Assembly: GCA_040380025.1 (NCBI GenBank)
Contig: JBEIJY010000016.1
Span: 1 to 50,340, forward strand
Length of the DNA: 50,340 nucleotides
From: Bdellovibrionales bacterium
GTDB taxonomy: Bacteria > Bdellovibrionota > UBA1018 > CAIMNF01
Direction: 5' to 3'
In this document: positions 18,398-27,766 of the stretch, in pieces
Position numbering within the stretch: position 1 is the stretch's first letter
Layout: each line of letters starts with the position of its first letter
Notes under the pieces: generated by a model
What the model was told of the DNA's origin: nothing
Databases searched by the model: none
Seen by the model: the letters and a program-made list of their open reading frames with translations, nothing else
Translations under genes and position numbers: made by a program

Positions 18398-19604
18398 CTG
18401 GTGGTTGTTTTTGTTTCCGGGAGTTTCGTTCGCATTCGAGCCGCCCGCGCAGGACGTTTTGGTTCGGGATGGAGCCTTTCGGCCGGTCATACAAAGAGTG
18501 AAGCTTCCGGATTTGATTTCGGACGACTCATTCGACGGAAAGCACTTCAAGATCGTCGCGGGGAAATCGAACGAGGCGATCCGGTTCGGAAGCGGGGATT
18601 CCGCCTTCCTGCTTCGTGCGGCGACGGTGTATTTTCATCTCGCGCGCGCACGGGAGTTCTGGGTTCAGAAGCTGGAATCCGAATCCGTGGCGAATCTCGA
18701 AAAAATCGTCGTCCGAATCGACCTGCCGAACGGGTTCAGCGATCTTGCGCACTTTCAGAACGATACCGTGAATCCGGAGTTCAACAATGCCGTGTCGATT
18801 CCTGCGGGGCGTCCCCTGCCCGGACTTTCGATCGAGCCCTGGGGAAGGGAGATCTGGTTCCGGCCGGTGAAGCGGATCCGCACCCGTGATCTTCCCGAGA
18901 GCGGCCTCGGGGGCGCGCGGAATCCGCTCGCCGCCTATGTGAGGGCCCTTGCCTCGATGGTCGGGGAGTCCGCCGTGAGCAGACTGGTGCAAACGACGCT
19001 TCAGGCGATCTTCTTTCGTGATCTTCTGCCCGCTCCGTATCCGCAGGTGGTGCTCCGGGATGCGGGCACCATGGCGCTCGCATCGCTTTTTCTGCGGGAG
19101 ATCTGGCGGATCGACCGGCTCTTCATGAAGAAATATTATTACCTCGATACCGCGATGGTTCCCGAGATCATTCATCACGAGTTCGCGCACATCGCGCTCA
19201 GTGATCAGCTGGAGCTGACCCGTTCGACTCCGGTCATCGAAGGCCTTGCTGATTATTTCGCAACGGCGATCTCGGGCAATCCCGATCTGGCCGCACGCAT
19301 TCGGCGGTATTCGGGATCGATTCCGAAGCGGGGCCGGAACCGGGTTCCGTATTCGCCCGAGGCGGAGCGATTTGTGTATGCGAACTCCGATTTCGTGCTC
19401 TCGGTGCTCTGGCTGGTGCGGGATCGCTTTCCGGCGGTCGCGGACCGGCTCATTCTGCACGCATCCTCCATGCTCTCGACCGGTTCGTCCGACATCCGCC
19501 ATGATCTGATCCGGGCTCTTTTGGAATCGTGCCGCGAGAAGTGCGCCGATCCGAGGCGGGACCGTTTAGAGCTCATTCGCGCTTTTGAAGAGAAGGGCTT
19601 TTGA
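18384..19604 (+). CDS. Secreted gluzincin-type Zn metallopeptidase-like protein
   Basis: Signal peptide; FNNA motif; HHEFAH (HEXXH) followed ~15 aa later by EGLADYFA. Confidence 0.75.
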   Translation: MIRFSWWLFLFPGVSFAFEPPAQDVLVRDGAFRPVIQRVKLPDLISDDSFDGKHFKIVAGKSNEAIRFGSGDSAFLLRAATVYFHLARAREFWVQKLESESVANLEKIVVRIDLPNGFSDLAHFQNDTVNPEFNNAVSIPAGRPLPGLSIEPWGREIWFRPVKRIRTRDLPESGLGGARNPLAAYVRALASMVGESAVSRLVQTTLQAIFFRDLLPAPYPQVVLRDAGTMALASLFLREIWRIDRLFMKKYYYLDTAMVPEIIHHEFAHIALSDQLELTRSTPVIEGLADYFATAISGNPDLAARIRRYSGSIPKRGRNRVPYSPEAERFVYANSDFVLSVLWLVRDRFPAVADRLILHASSMLSTGSSDIRHDLIRALLESCREKCADPRRDRLELIRAFEEKGF

Positions 19605-20813
19605 TTCCTGGCGTTTTTGATGGAGTGCCACGAGGACCGTCGCAAGGCACAGGACTCCCGCGAGAAGCAAGGTGGTTCTGGTACCGGCAAGGGCGAGCAG
19701 AAGCGGAGAAATGAGCGAAAAAAGCAACATGAAGCCATTTTCGAGAGCCATCCTCATTCGAAGGACGGCGAATTGATCCTCGGGACGGATCCGGTCCTGC
19801 ACCAGCTCCAACATGGGCGTGTCATTCAGTGGGCCGCCCGTGGCGCAAATCGCGGCGAAAATGCAAATCCAGACCAAAGACGAGCTCAGCGCCATCATCA
19901 GGAACGCCCCTCCGATCAGGATGATGCCGAGGTACACCCATTCCTCGGTCCGCTTGCGCTCAAAGCTCCCGAACAAAAGGGCTGAACCGAGATTTCCCGC
20001 CCCATAGCTTGCCATGATGAGCCCGTAGGTCATGAGGCCGCTGGAATCGATTTCCCGCGCCAAAAGCACAAAGCCCAGCGTGTACCCCAGATACCAGAGT
20101 CCGGCGCAAAACGATTTGGCAAGGAGCACGCGGAGCACTTGCGGGTGCTCCCGGAGAACGGAGATTCCGCGTTTCCAATTTCTTTTTCGCACGTTTTGTT
20201 GTGATTCCGCAGGAATGGCTTGCGAAAGCGTGGGTCCCACCGAGCGAAGCGAAATGGCGGAGAGCAGGAAGGTGATCGCATCGATCACGAAGAATGCCGC
20301 AAGGGGGATGACCTTGGACAGCATTCCGATCAGAAACGGCGCGACCACGCGGGAGAGCCGGTAGGTCGTGGCCATCAGGTTGTTGCCGGCTTTTCGCTCG
20401 CGCGCCGATCGGGAGAGGAGGGGAATGGTTCCCTGAAGAGCCGGATCAAAAACCGCTCCGAGCGCGGTGATGGCGAGAGTGCTGCCGATCAGAACGGGAA
20501 GCGAGCGAATCCCGGCGAACAAAAAAATGGCGGGAATCAGACAAAACCCGGCACGGAGCCAGTCGATGCCGATCAGGGCCCGGTCAAGCCGCCGGCGCTC
20601 GAGCCAGTGTCCGCCCGCGAGCGCACCCAGCACCACGATCGCAAGTTGCAGGGAGGTCACGTACCCCGCGCGAGTGCCGAGTTCCTCGACCGCGATCCAG
20701 AGGTAGGCCATTTTATAAAGTTCATCGCCCATGGTGGAACCCACCTGGCCCAGCCAGAGATTCCGGAGCGGTCGCGATCGCAAAGCTTCAAGCATCAACA
20801 TGAGATCCGACAC
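19566..20813 (-). CDS. MFS transporter (Mef/DHA3-like)
   Basis: LWLGQVGSTMGD, ~12 TM helices, F.PA, FVIDAITFLLSA. Start uncertain. Confidence 0.88.
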   Translation of the reverse strand: MSDLMLMLEALRSRPLRNLWLGQVGSTMGDELYKMAYLWIAVEELGTRAGYVTSLQLAIVVLGALAGGHWLERRRLDRALIGIDWLRAGFCLIPAIFLFAGIRSLPVLIGSTLAITALGAVFDPALQGTIPLLSRSARERKAGNNLMATTYRLSRVVAPFLIGMLSKVIPLAAFFVIDAITFLLSAISLRSVGPTLSQAIPAESQQNVRKRNWKRGISVLREHPQVLRVLLAKSFCAGLWYLGYTLGFVLLAREIDSSGLMTYGLIMASYGAGNLGSALLFGSFERKRTEEWVYLGIILIGGAFLMMALSSSLVWICIFAAICATGGPLNDTPMLELVQDRIRPEDQFAVLRMRMALENGFMLLFSLISPLLLALAGTRTTLLLAGVLCLATVLVALHQKRQESKALLFKSANEL

Positions 20814-20946
20814 AGTAATAAAGAGGGCCTCACACCGGCAACTGCAGATGTGGCAAGGAACGGGTTTAAGTGATTCGAGTTGAATTTGAGTTGTGCAATT
20901 TGGAATTCGTTGCTGTTTCAGACTGATTCAGTTAGGTTTTCGCGCG

Positions 20947-22671
20947 ATGAGGTGGTTGTTTCTTCTTAGTTCGTTGGTGGTTGGGTTCCAAACCAGTCCG
21001 ATCTGGGCACAGGAGGTCGATGAGGAATCGTGGAAGGGTACAGGACTCGATCTTGCTCAATTTCAGCAGGACATTTTAAGACACTGCGAGGATGGGCCCG
21101 AACAATTCGCGGTGTGTGTTCGTGCAATGAACAGCCTTGGGGAGCTTTTGCCCTCCCCGATGATTCTTACCTTTGGCGGATTCCCTCGGGTCCTGATCGG
21201 TCACACCGCCGGAGTCGAGACCGAACTGCCCGGCAGGGGAGCCATTCGATTTTTGAAGACGACCTGGCTGAAAAAGCTTGCCCGTCCTTTTCATCCGGAA
21301 GAAAAGTCAGGACGTTGGCCGGGCCGTCGAGCGGAGATCCTGCGGGAGTTATTCGCGCACTCCATTGAGGCGGCGAAGAAAAACCCGGAGATTCTTTTTT
21401 TCGACTTTCAGGTCTGGTTCCGGGAGTGGTTTTTCAAAGCTCTGAAAAAAAAGAACGAAACTGGGTCGGGGCCGGAGGCCCTGATCGCCCACGTTTACAA
21501 TGCCGCATTTTCGGCGAGCCCGGATCCGTATCAGCAGATCACGCCGGTGGCGGTCTATGAGGAAAGTGTATCGACCGATCACGAGGAGTATTTCGGGGTC
21601 GGATTCCATAGCTTCCGCATGCGACACGGGATCTTTGTCTCCGCTATCTATCCGGGCAGTCCTGCTGAAAAGGCCGGAATTCAAGTCGGCGACCGTTTGG
21701 TTTCGGTGAACGGAAAACGGGTCGGGATTTTCTCTCCGCAGCAACTTACCGGTCAGATTCGCGGGCCGAAGGGGACCCAGGTCACTCTCGGGGTCCGTAG
21801 GGACGGCAAAACTCTTTTGATTCCCGTCTTTCGCGGGCCGGTGCGGTCTGACAATGTCCGCGGAAGACTTTTGGAACGGGACGGGAAAAGATACGCTTGG
21901 ATCCGGGTTCTTTCATTCTCCAGTCTGGATACGGCTTCTGATTTGAAAGCTCTTGTCGTGGCATTTCAGAAACAGGGTGCGGAGAAATTCATTCTGGACC
22001 TTCGCAACAATCCGGGTGGAAGCATCAATCAGGCAGTCGAAGTCGCCTCGGTGTTTTTGGGCGAGAAGAAAATCGTGAGCACTCATCCGATCGATGCCGG
22101 GTTCGTACGAAATTACTACGGAACTTTATGGCAGCCCGTGAGTGCGAAGGAACCGTTGGTGGTTCTTGTGAATGCGAATTCGGCGAGTGCCTCCGAACTC
22201 GTTGCCGGATCTCTTCAGAGTTATCGACGTGCCTGGATCGTCGGAGACCGGACCTTCGGAAAAGGCTTGGTGCAGAATTACCAGTATTTTGCGCCTGAGC
22301 GCTTTGATGACCGGATTCTCTACAAGTCCACGACCGATGTGTTCCGTCTTCCTTCCGGAAGAACACCCCACTTTTACGGGATCATTCCCGACTTTGAAGT
22401 GACGCGGTTTCCGAACGGCGAGCCGATTCAAAAAGCGTTCTTTCGGGAGATGGACATGTACGAGGGTGCGCTTCCCCGGATGGAGCAATTCGGAGTCTCG
22501 AAATGGACTCAGCCGCGCGAGGAACAGGTCAAAAAAATCGAACAATGCCGGAAGAAAACAGGCTCCGCGGATCGTCTTTGGAAAAAGCGCGAGGATGATG
22601 GGTCTGGGGTGTTTGATTTTCAGGTTTTCTCTGCCGTTGATATTCTGAATTGCGTGGATCGGCTTGAGTGA
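20947..22671 (+). CDS. S41-family C-terminal processing peptidase with PDZ domain
   Basis: PDZ (YFGVG, GSPAEKAGI.VGD), ILDLRNNPGG, catalytic SASASE and TFGKGLVQ. Confidence 0.93.
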   Translation: MRWLFLLSSLVVGFQTSPIWAQEVDEESWKGTGLDLAQFQQDILRHCEDGPEQFAVCVRAMNSLGELLPSPMILTFGGFPRVLIGHTAGVETELPGRGAIRFLKTTWLKKLARPFHPEEKSGRWPGRRAEILRELFAHSIEAAKKNPEILFFDFQVWFREWFFKALKKKNETGSGPEALIAHVYNAAFSASPDPYQQITPVAVYEESVSTDHEEYFGVGFHSFRMRHGIFVSAIYPGSPAEKAGIQVGDRLVSVNGKRVGIFSPQQLTGQIRGPKGTQVTLGVRRDGKTLLIPVFRGPVRSDNVRGRLLERDGKRYAWIRVLSFSSLDTASDLKALVVAFQKQGAEKFILDLRNNPGGSINQAVEVASVFLGEKKIVSTHPIDAGFVRNYYGTLWQPVSAKEPLVVLVNANSASASELVAGSLQSYRRAWIVGDRTFGKGLVQNYQYFAPERFDDRILYKSTTDVFRLPSGRTPHFYGIIPDFEVTRFPNGEPIQKAFFREMDMYEGALPRMEQFGVSKWTQPREEQVKKIEQCRKKTGSADRLWKKREDDGSGVFDFQVFSAVDILNCVDRLE

Positions 22672-23384
22672 ACATAGCAGGCCTTCCCCCGCATCTTTCG
22701 GGCGTGGTCGCGACCGGACTGGTGGAAGGCGAGCCGATCGCCCAGTACGAGCTCGGTACGGGGCGTAATTTCGTTTATTTGATCCTCGATTGGACTTCCC
22801 GGATCGCAGCGATGGTGGATCCGCAAAAAGATCTCTCGGGCGTTCTGCGCGATCTCGAGGCACATGGGTTCACTCTGTCTGCGGTGCTTCTGACCCACAC
22901 TCATCATGACCATGTTGCCGGCCTGGACGGATTGCTTTCGCAGTTTTCCGATTTGGAGGTGTTTGTGGGATCCTCGGACCTGCATCGCATCGAATCGAAG
23001 GTGCGGAACTGGCCCGGCCTCCGAGTGCTTTCAGACCTTGAGCAGATCAAAATCGGCTCGCTTTTCCTCTCGGCTCATCACACACCGGGACACAGCCGCG
23101 GCGAGTTTTGCTATCATCTGAATCAGTCCGGCCCAAGGCGCGAAGAGTATCTGTTTACGGGCGATACGATCTTCATTCGTGATTGTGGCCGAACGGACTT
23201 TGTGGACGGAAGCAACGAGGAGATGTTTGCTTCGATTCAAAAGATCAAAACCTTCCCCGAAGACACGATCCTGCTGGTTGGGCATCATTATGCTCCGGAG
23301 TGCGCGACGACCCTGGCCCGAGAACTGCGGGAAAGTCCTCCGTTCCAGTGTCGATCGGTCGAAGAGCTCGCCCGGCTTCCCTGA
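22668..23384 (+). CDS. MBL-fold hydrolase (glyoxalase II/ETHE1-like)
   Basis: THTHHDH, TPGHS, FTGDTIFIRDCGRTDF and GH. GTGA overlap with the S41 gene. Confidence 0.9.
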   Translation: MNIAGLPPHLSGVVATGLVEGEPIAQYELGTGRNFVYLILDWTSRIAAMVDPQKDLSGVLRDLEAHGFTLSAVLLTHTHHDHVAGLDGLLSQFSDLEVFVGSSDLHRIESKVRNWPGLRVLSDLEQIKIGSLFLSAHHTPGHSRGEFCYHLNQSGPRREEYLFTGDTIFIRDCGRTDFVDGSNEEMFASIQKIKTFPEDTILLVGHHYAPECATTLARELRESPPFQCRSVEELARLP

Positions 23385-23402
23385 GAGGATTCGCTTGGGA
23401 GT

Positions 23403-24371
23403 TCAATTCGCCGTGGTTTTGTTGGGATTGGCCTCGCTGTGAATCGCGATTCCCACCCCGATGGCAATCAGGATTCCGCCTGCGATCTCAAAGCGGGTCA
23501 CGGATTGATTCAAGAACAAGAAGCCAATGAACAGCGACATCACGGTCTCGCCCGGTGACATCAGGCTCACCCAGAGGGGGTGGGCCCTGCGACTCACAAT
23601 CTGGCTCAGGGTGTGGCCCACGATGGTGGGAAGGAATCCGAGTGCGATGACTCCGGCAATGGCCGCCGTCGTGATGGGAGTGGCGGGAACGGGCTCCAAC
23701 GGGCGAAAAACGAGCAGAATCAAACCGGTGGTTGCGGCGGTGAAAAAGTAAATGATCGAGGCGAGCCCGAACCCCCTTCGAAGGGGGCCCGGCTGGAGGC
23801 TCGCGAGCTTTTGCTCCTCGGCCCGAAAAGATCGGTTCAGTCCGTAGTAGAGGGCATAGGTAAGAACCGCCGCCACGGCGGCAAGATCACCCGCGCCCCG
23901 CTCCGTCACGGCTCCCGCTCCGGCTTCGGTTTGTCCCCAGTGGGGCAGGATGCTGATCACCCCAATACCGAGAATGCAAAAGAGACTTGCCAGGGCGCCT
24001 TCCCACGTGAGCTTTTCGCGAAATGCGATCATGCCAACGGCAAGAATGAGCGCGGGTTCCACCGCAATCAGCATGACTGCGGTCGAAAGCGAGGAATGGG
24101 CGACCCCCAAGGCAAAAAAAGTGAAGTGGATTCCCAGGGTGATTCCGCTTGCCGCAAGAAGAATCCGGCCGCGGGTCGATAGGGCCTGAAAGAAACGACG
24201 CCCGTCGAGAAATAAAAATGGAAGAAGCCCGAGAAACGCAATGCCGCATCGACCGAAGGTGGTTTCGGTGGCGGTGAGGCTTCGTGTGACCACATACGAA
24301 ACAGGGCCGCCGAGGCCCCAGGCAAGGCTTACCGTCAGGACCCCGAGCAGATTCATCCATTGGTTTTGCAT
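23403..24371 (-). CDS. DMT/EamA-family transporter
   Basis: Two EamA repeats, ~10 TM helices, FREK motif. TTGACA -35 upstream. Confidence 0.88.
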   Translation of the reverse strand: MQNQWMNLLGVLTVSLAWGLGGPVSYVVTRSLTATETTFGRCGIAFLGLLPFLFLDGRRFFQALSTRGRILLAASGITLGIHFTFFALGVAHSSLSTAVMLIAVEPALILAVGMIAFREKLTWEGALASLFCILGIGVISILPHWGQTEAGAGAVTERGAGDLAAVAAVLTYALYYGLNRSFRAEEQKLASLQPGPLRRGFGLASIIYFFTAATTGLILLVFRPLEPVPATPITTAAIAGVIALGFLPTIVGHTLSQIVSRRAHPLWVSLMSPGETVMSLFIGFLFLNQSVTRFEIAGGILIAIGVGIAIHSEANPNKTTAN

Positions 24372-24480
24372 GAGCGTCAGGGGTAGCGGATTTCGGGCAG
24401 AAATGTCAATCTCGCAAATTGCGTTTCGTCGGAACGAGAAATCCGGTTAGAATCACCGGAGACAACCGGATGAATGAATC

Positions 24481-25209
24481 ATGGCGCCTGAAAAAACTGA
24501 AATCCTGAACTGGCTGGTGGAAGGAATTCCCATCGAGCTCCGGATCAAACGAATCCGGAGTTTCCGAATCACGGTCCACCCTCCGGGCGATCGCGTCGTG
24601 GTGTCTGCTCCTCGGGAAATGCGGGAAGAGAAGATCCTTCAGTCCATCCTTTCGCGGGTTGATTGGATTCGCTCCGTGAAAAAGCGCTGGGAAGGCGTGG
24701 TTCTCCCGAAACGGATGGAGTACCTCGACGGAGATCGGATTCGTTTTTTTGATTCTGTTTTGGAAGTGCGAAACCTGAAATCAGAACGGATGCGATCCAG
24801 TATCGTACGGGGGAACGGCGTGATCGAGATTCATGCGCCTCTGGGCGCATCCCTGCGCTTCAAAGAGAGCTTGTTCGACCGGTGGCACCGACGGGAGGTG
24901 CTCGAAATCCTGCCCGGTATGTTGAAACGCTGGGCCGCGCGGATGGGCGTCCGTCACGGGCCGATCACGGTCCGGAAAATGAAAACCCGCTGGGGAACTT
25001 GCAATCCGGGCACCAAAAAGATCACGATCAATTCCGATCTGGTCCGGTTTCCTCTTTCGGCCCTCGAGTATGTCGTGGTCCATGAACTGGCCCATCTGAT
25101 CGAGCCCTCGCACAATGCCCGATTCAAGGGGATCATGGATTTGCATCTGCCGGACTGGCGTCAGACCAAAAAAATCCTTCAGACCCTTCCGGGAGGGAGC
25201 ATCGATTGA
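24481..25209 (+). CDS. YgjP/DUF45 (M48/SprT-like) metallohydrolase
   Basis: MKTRWGTC, EYVVVHELAHL and H..RF...M....PDWR. Confidence 0.9.
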   Translation: MAPEKTEILNWLVEGIPIELRIKRIRSFRITVHPPGDRVVVSAPREMREEKILQSILSRVDWIRSVKKRWEGVVLPKRMEYLDGDRIRFFDSVLEVRNLKSERMRSSIVRGNGVIEIHAPLGASLRFKESLFDRWHRREVLEILPGMLKRWAARMGVRHGPITVRKMKTRWGTCNPGTKKITINSDLVRFPLSALEYVVVHELAHLIEPSHNARFKGIMDLHLPDWRQTKKILQTLPGGSID

Positions 25210-25646
25210 GTGGCTTCTGCCTGCGATTCCAAGGTGTGCAGGAATTCCCGCAGTAAATCCTCGGTGGTGACGATTCCACACACCTTGCCGGAACGCGAGG
25301 AGGTCACAAGAAGCGCCGAGATCTTCTCGGTCATGAGGGTCCGAACCGCATCGACAAGCGGAGTGATGTCCCGGATCGTGTGGGGCGGCCAACTCATGAA
25401 GTCCCGCACCTTCCGGTTTGCCACCAGAACCACCTCGATCTCGACCCCGCGCTTTCGGACTTCCATGGCCCGCTGGAGGTCGCGATCGCTCAAAACCCCG
25501 ATCACCTCGCCTGTGTGGTCGGTGACAGGAAGATGACGGCACCGGTGTTCGAGCATGAGTTCGCTTGCCTGTTCAATCCGGTCCTCATATCCGATCGTGA
25601 TCGGGTATTTGGTCATGATCTGATCGATTGTTTTCGTGGTTCCCAT
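25179..25646 (-). CDS. CBS-pair domain protein
   Basis: RHLPV...GVLSDRDL and ISALLV...GIVTTEDLL; SD AGGAGG. Confidence 0.92.
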   Translation of the reverse strand: MGTTKTIDQIMTKYPITIGYEDRIEQASELMLEHRCRHLPVTDHTGEVIGVLSDRDLQRAMEVRKRGVEIEVVLVANRKVRDFMSWPPHTIRDITPLVDAVRTLMTEKISALLVTSSRSGKVCGIVTTEDLLREFLHTLESQAEATQSMLPPGRV

Positions 25647-25698
25647 CGTCGGGGCCCTCCTGTCGGCCCTGCCTCAGAATACTACCGAAAACCCACGA

Positions 25699-25739
25699 TT
25701 TTGATGATCAAAACCGCTTTCGACATGACGCCCGTCATG
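25699..25739. promoter_or_regulatory. Two palindromic operator candidates between the CBS gene and murI
   Basis: TTTTGAT-G-ATCAAAA at 25699-25713 and CATGAC-GCCC-GTCATG at 25724-25739. Confidence 0.45.
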
Positions 25740-25812
25740 AGCGGACTCACGGGTTTTTGATTTTCTTCGCGATCGGGTTTCGCCGTCCCTCATTTTGGAA
25801 TATCGTGGGTCT

Positions 25813-26589
25813 GTGAAGATCGGTGTGTTTGATTCCGGAATGGGCGGGGTGACGGTGCTCCGCGAGTTGATCCGTCGCCAACCGGGCGCGGAATTTTTGT
25901 ATTTTGGCGATACCGCGAATGTGCCCTACGGGAGCAAGAGTCCGGTACAGATCCGTGCCCTCGTGCGGTCCGCCGCGGAGCGGATGAAGCAAAAAAGAAT
26001 CGACGCATTGGTCGTGGCCTGCAATACCGCGGCTTCGCTTGCAAAAGGCGAATTCCAAGAGGTGTTTCCTGACATTCCGGTCGTGGATGTGGTGCAGGCC
26101 GGAGTGCGTGCCTGCCTTCGTGCCGTGGAGGAGGCTCCGGATTCAACCGTGTTGATTCTCGGAACCCGGGCCACCGTGAAGAGCCGCATCTATGAGATTC
26201 TTCTTCAGGACTCGAAGCCGGGCATCCCCGTGCTTCAGCAAGCCTGTCCTCTTTTCGTCCCGATGATCGAGGAGGGGTGGATTGAGCATCCGATTCTTCG
26301 TGCCACCGTTCACGAGTATCTGGGCGCGTATCGGGAGGTGAGGAAAGGGATCGCTCTTCTGGCCTGCACTCACTATCCTTGGATCGAGCGTGCAATCCAG
26401 GACGAGTTGCCGGAGTTTCGCGTTCTGAATTCTGCTCTCGCCGCGGCGGAGATTCTCGAAGAATGTCTGCCCGGCCTTGTACGCCCGGGCACCGCTGAGC
26501 CAAAAGTCCGTTGGTTTTTTTCGGATCCGGACAGTGTCTCGCGCTCCTTGCTCGGTGATCTCCCGGATCGCGCGATTTCCTCGTTTTGA
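25813..26589 (+). CDS. murI: Glutamate racemase
   Basis: IGVFDSG.GG.TV, PYGSKS, VACNTA and LACTHYP (both catalytic Cys). GTG start. Confidence 0.97.
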   Translation: MKIGVFDSGMGGVTVLRELIRRQPGAEFLYFGDTANVPYGSKSPVQIRALVRSAAERMKQKRIDALVVACNTAASLAKGEFQEVFPDIPVVDVVQAGVRACLRAVEEAPDSTVLILGTRATVKSRIYEILLQDSKPGIPVLQQACPLFVPMIEEGWIEHPILRATVHEYLGAYREVRKGIALLACTHYPWIERAIQDELPEFRVLNSALAAAEILEECLPGLVRPGTAEPKVRWFFSDPDSVSRSLLGDLPDRAISSF

Positions 26590-26660
26590 TCCGCTTGCCT
26601 TTCATGATTTGACTTTACTTGGGTCTGATTTTTGGTGAATGTTTTTTTGAGGTCTGAATT

Positions 26661-27761
26661 TTGCTTCGCTCCACGGTTTCCCGCATTTGCTGTCCTGCCT
26701 TGCGTCGAAGCGCCCCTTGTCGGGGAGTGCTTGCGGTTTCGTCCCAAGAACAAGCCGAGGAAATCACGAGCGGGGAATTGGTCTGCGGCACCTGTGAAGC
26801 GCGGTTCCCGATTCTTCGGGGCGTCGCCGTGGTGGTTCCCGATGTCGATGGGTATCTTCTTCATCACGTGAAAGGCGTTTCGAAGTTTGTCCCGGACAAC
26901 GAAATCCCCGCCTCGATTCGAACGGAATTCACTCGCGCCCGAAAATCCATTCCGATCGAACACATCGAAGAGGATCTCGAGTCGGATCGCGTGAATGCCC
27001 TTTACCTCATGAACCATTACCTTCGGGTCACGGGCTCCGACCGGCCTTGGTGGAAGTCGATCCCGGAATCCGAAAGTCCGCTTATTTCGAGCCTGATCGA
27101 AACCCATTGGGATCATGGCCCCTTTCAAACCGTATCGCGCTGGGTGCCCGACGGCACGACAGTAGTGGAGCTCGGGTGCGGAGTCGGGGGGCTCTACCGC
27201 GAGCTTCAAGTAAAAAACATCCGATATCTCGGGGTGGACAGTTCCTTTTTGAGTGTCCTGATCGCGCGTCACATCCATTCCGGAGGCCCCCAGGCGGGAG
27301 CGTTCGGACACCCGGGCGATCTTTTGTCGGGGAATTTCTCGAAATCTCTTATGATCGAAAAATCACAGAATGAATCTGCTTCGAGAGCCGACTTCATCGT
27401 GGGCGAGATCGACCATCTTCCGGTGAAGCACGGCGCATTCGAGGTTTCGATCTCGCTGAACGCCATCGACATGCTCGATGAGCCCGCGATGCTTCCGAAG
27501 GTCCAGGCCGCGGTGACCGCTCCCCGGGGAATCGCAATCCAGAGCGGTCCCTATATCTGGCATGAAACAGTGGCGCGGAGACTTCGGGGGCGGGCACCGA
27601 AGCACGCGGATTCGTCTGCGCGAGCGGTCGAGTGGTTGTACGAAAAATCAGGCTTTGCGATCGAACAGCGCGAACTGCATGTGCCATGGCTGTTCTTCAA
27701 GCACCTCCGGCAACTCGAGATTTACTCAGTCCATTGTTTCTCGGCGCGAAAGCGCGACTGA
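26661..27761 (+). CDS. Class I SAM methyltransferase with N-terminal Trm112-like Zn ribbon
   Basis: CCP...C...L.CGTC..RFPI..GV N-terminus; VVELGCGVG motif I; GVDSS; LNAIDML. Confidence 0.8.
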   Translation: MLRSTVSRICCPALRRSAPCRGVLAVSSQEQAEEITSGELVCGTCEARFPILRGVAVVVPDVDGYLLHHVKGVSKFVPDNEIPASIRTEFTRARKSIPIEHIEEDLESDRVNALYLMNHYLRVTGSDRPWWKSIPESESPLISSLIETHWDHGPFQTVSRWVPDGTTVVELGCGVGGLYRELQVKNIRYLGVDSSFLSVLIARHIHSGGPQAGAFGHPGDLLSGNFSKSLMIEKSQNESASRADFIVGEIDHLPVKHGAFEVSISLNAIDMLDEPAMLPKVQAAVTAPRGIAIQSGPYIWHETVARRLRGRAPKHADSSARAVEWLYEKSGFAIEQRELHVPWLFFKHLRQLEIYSVHCFSARKRD

Positions 27762-27766
27762 ACCGT

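Noticed and set aside
24481..25209. YgjP-like protein as part of the URC system (UTP to UMP)
   Set aside because: It lies over 5 kb away on the opposite strand, and the family is widespread.
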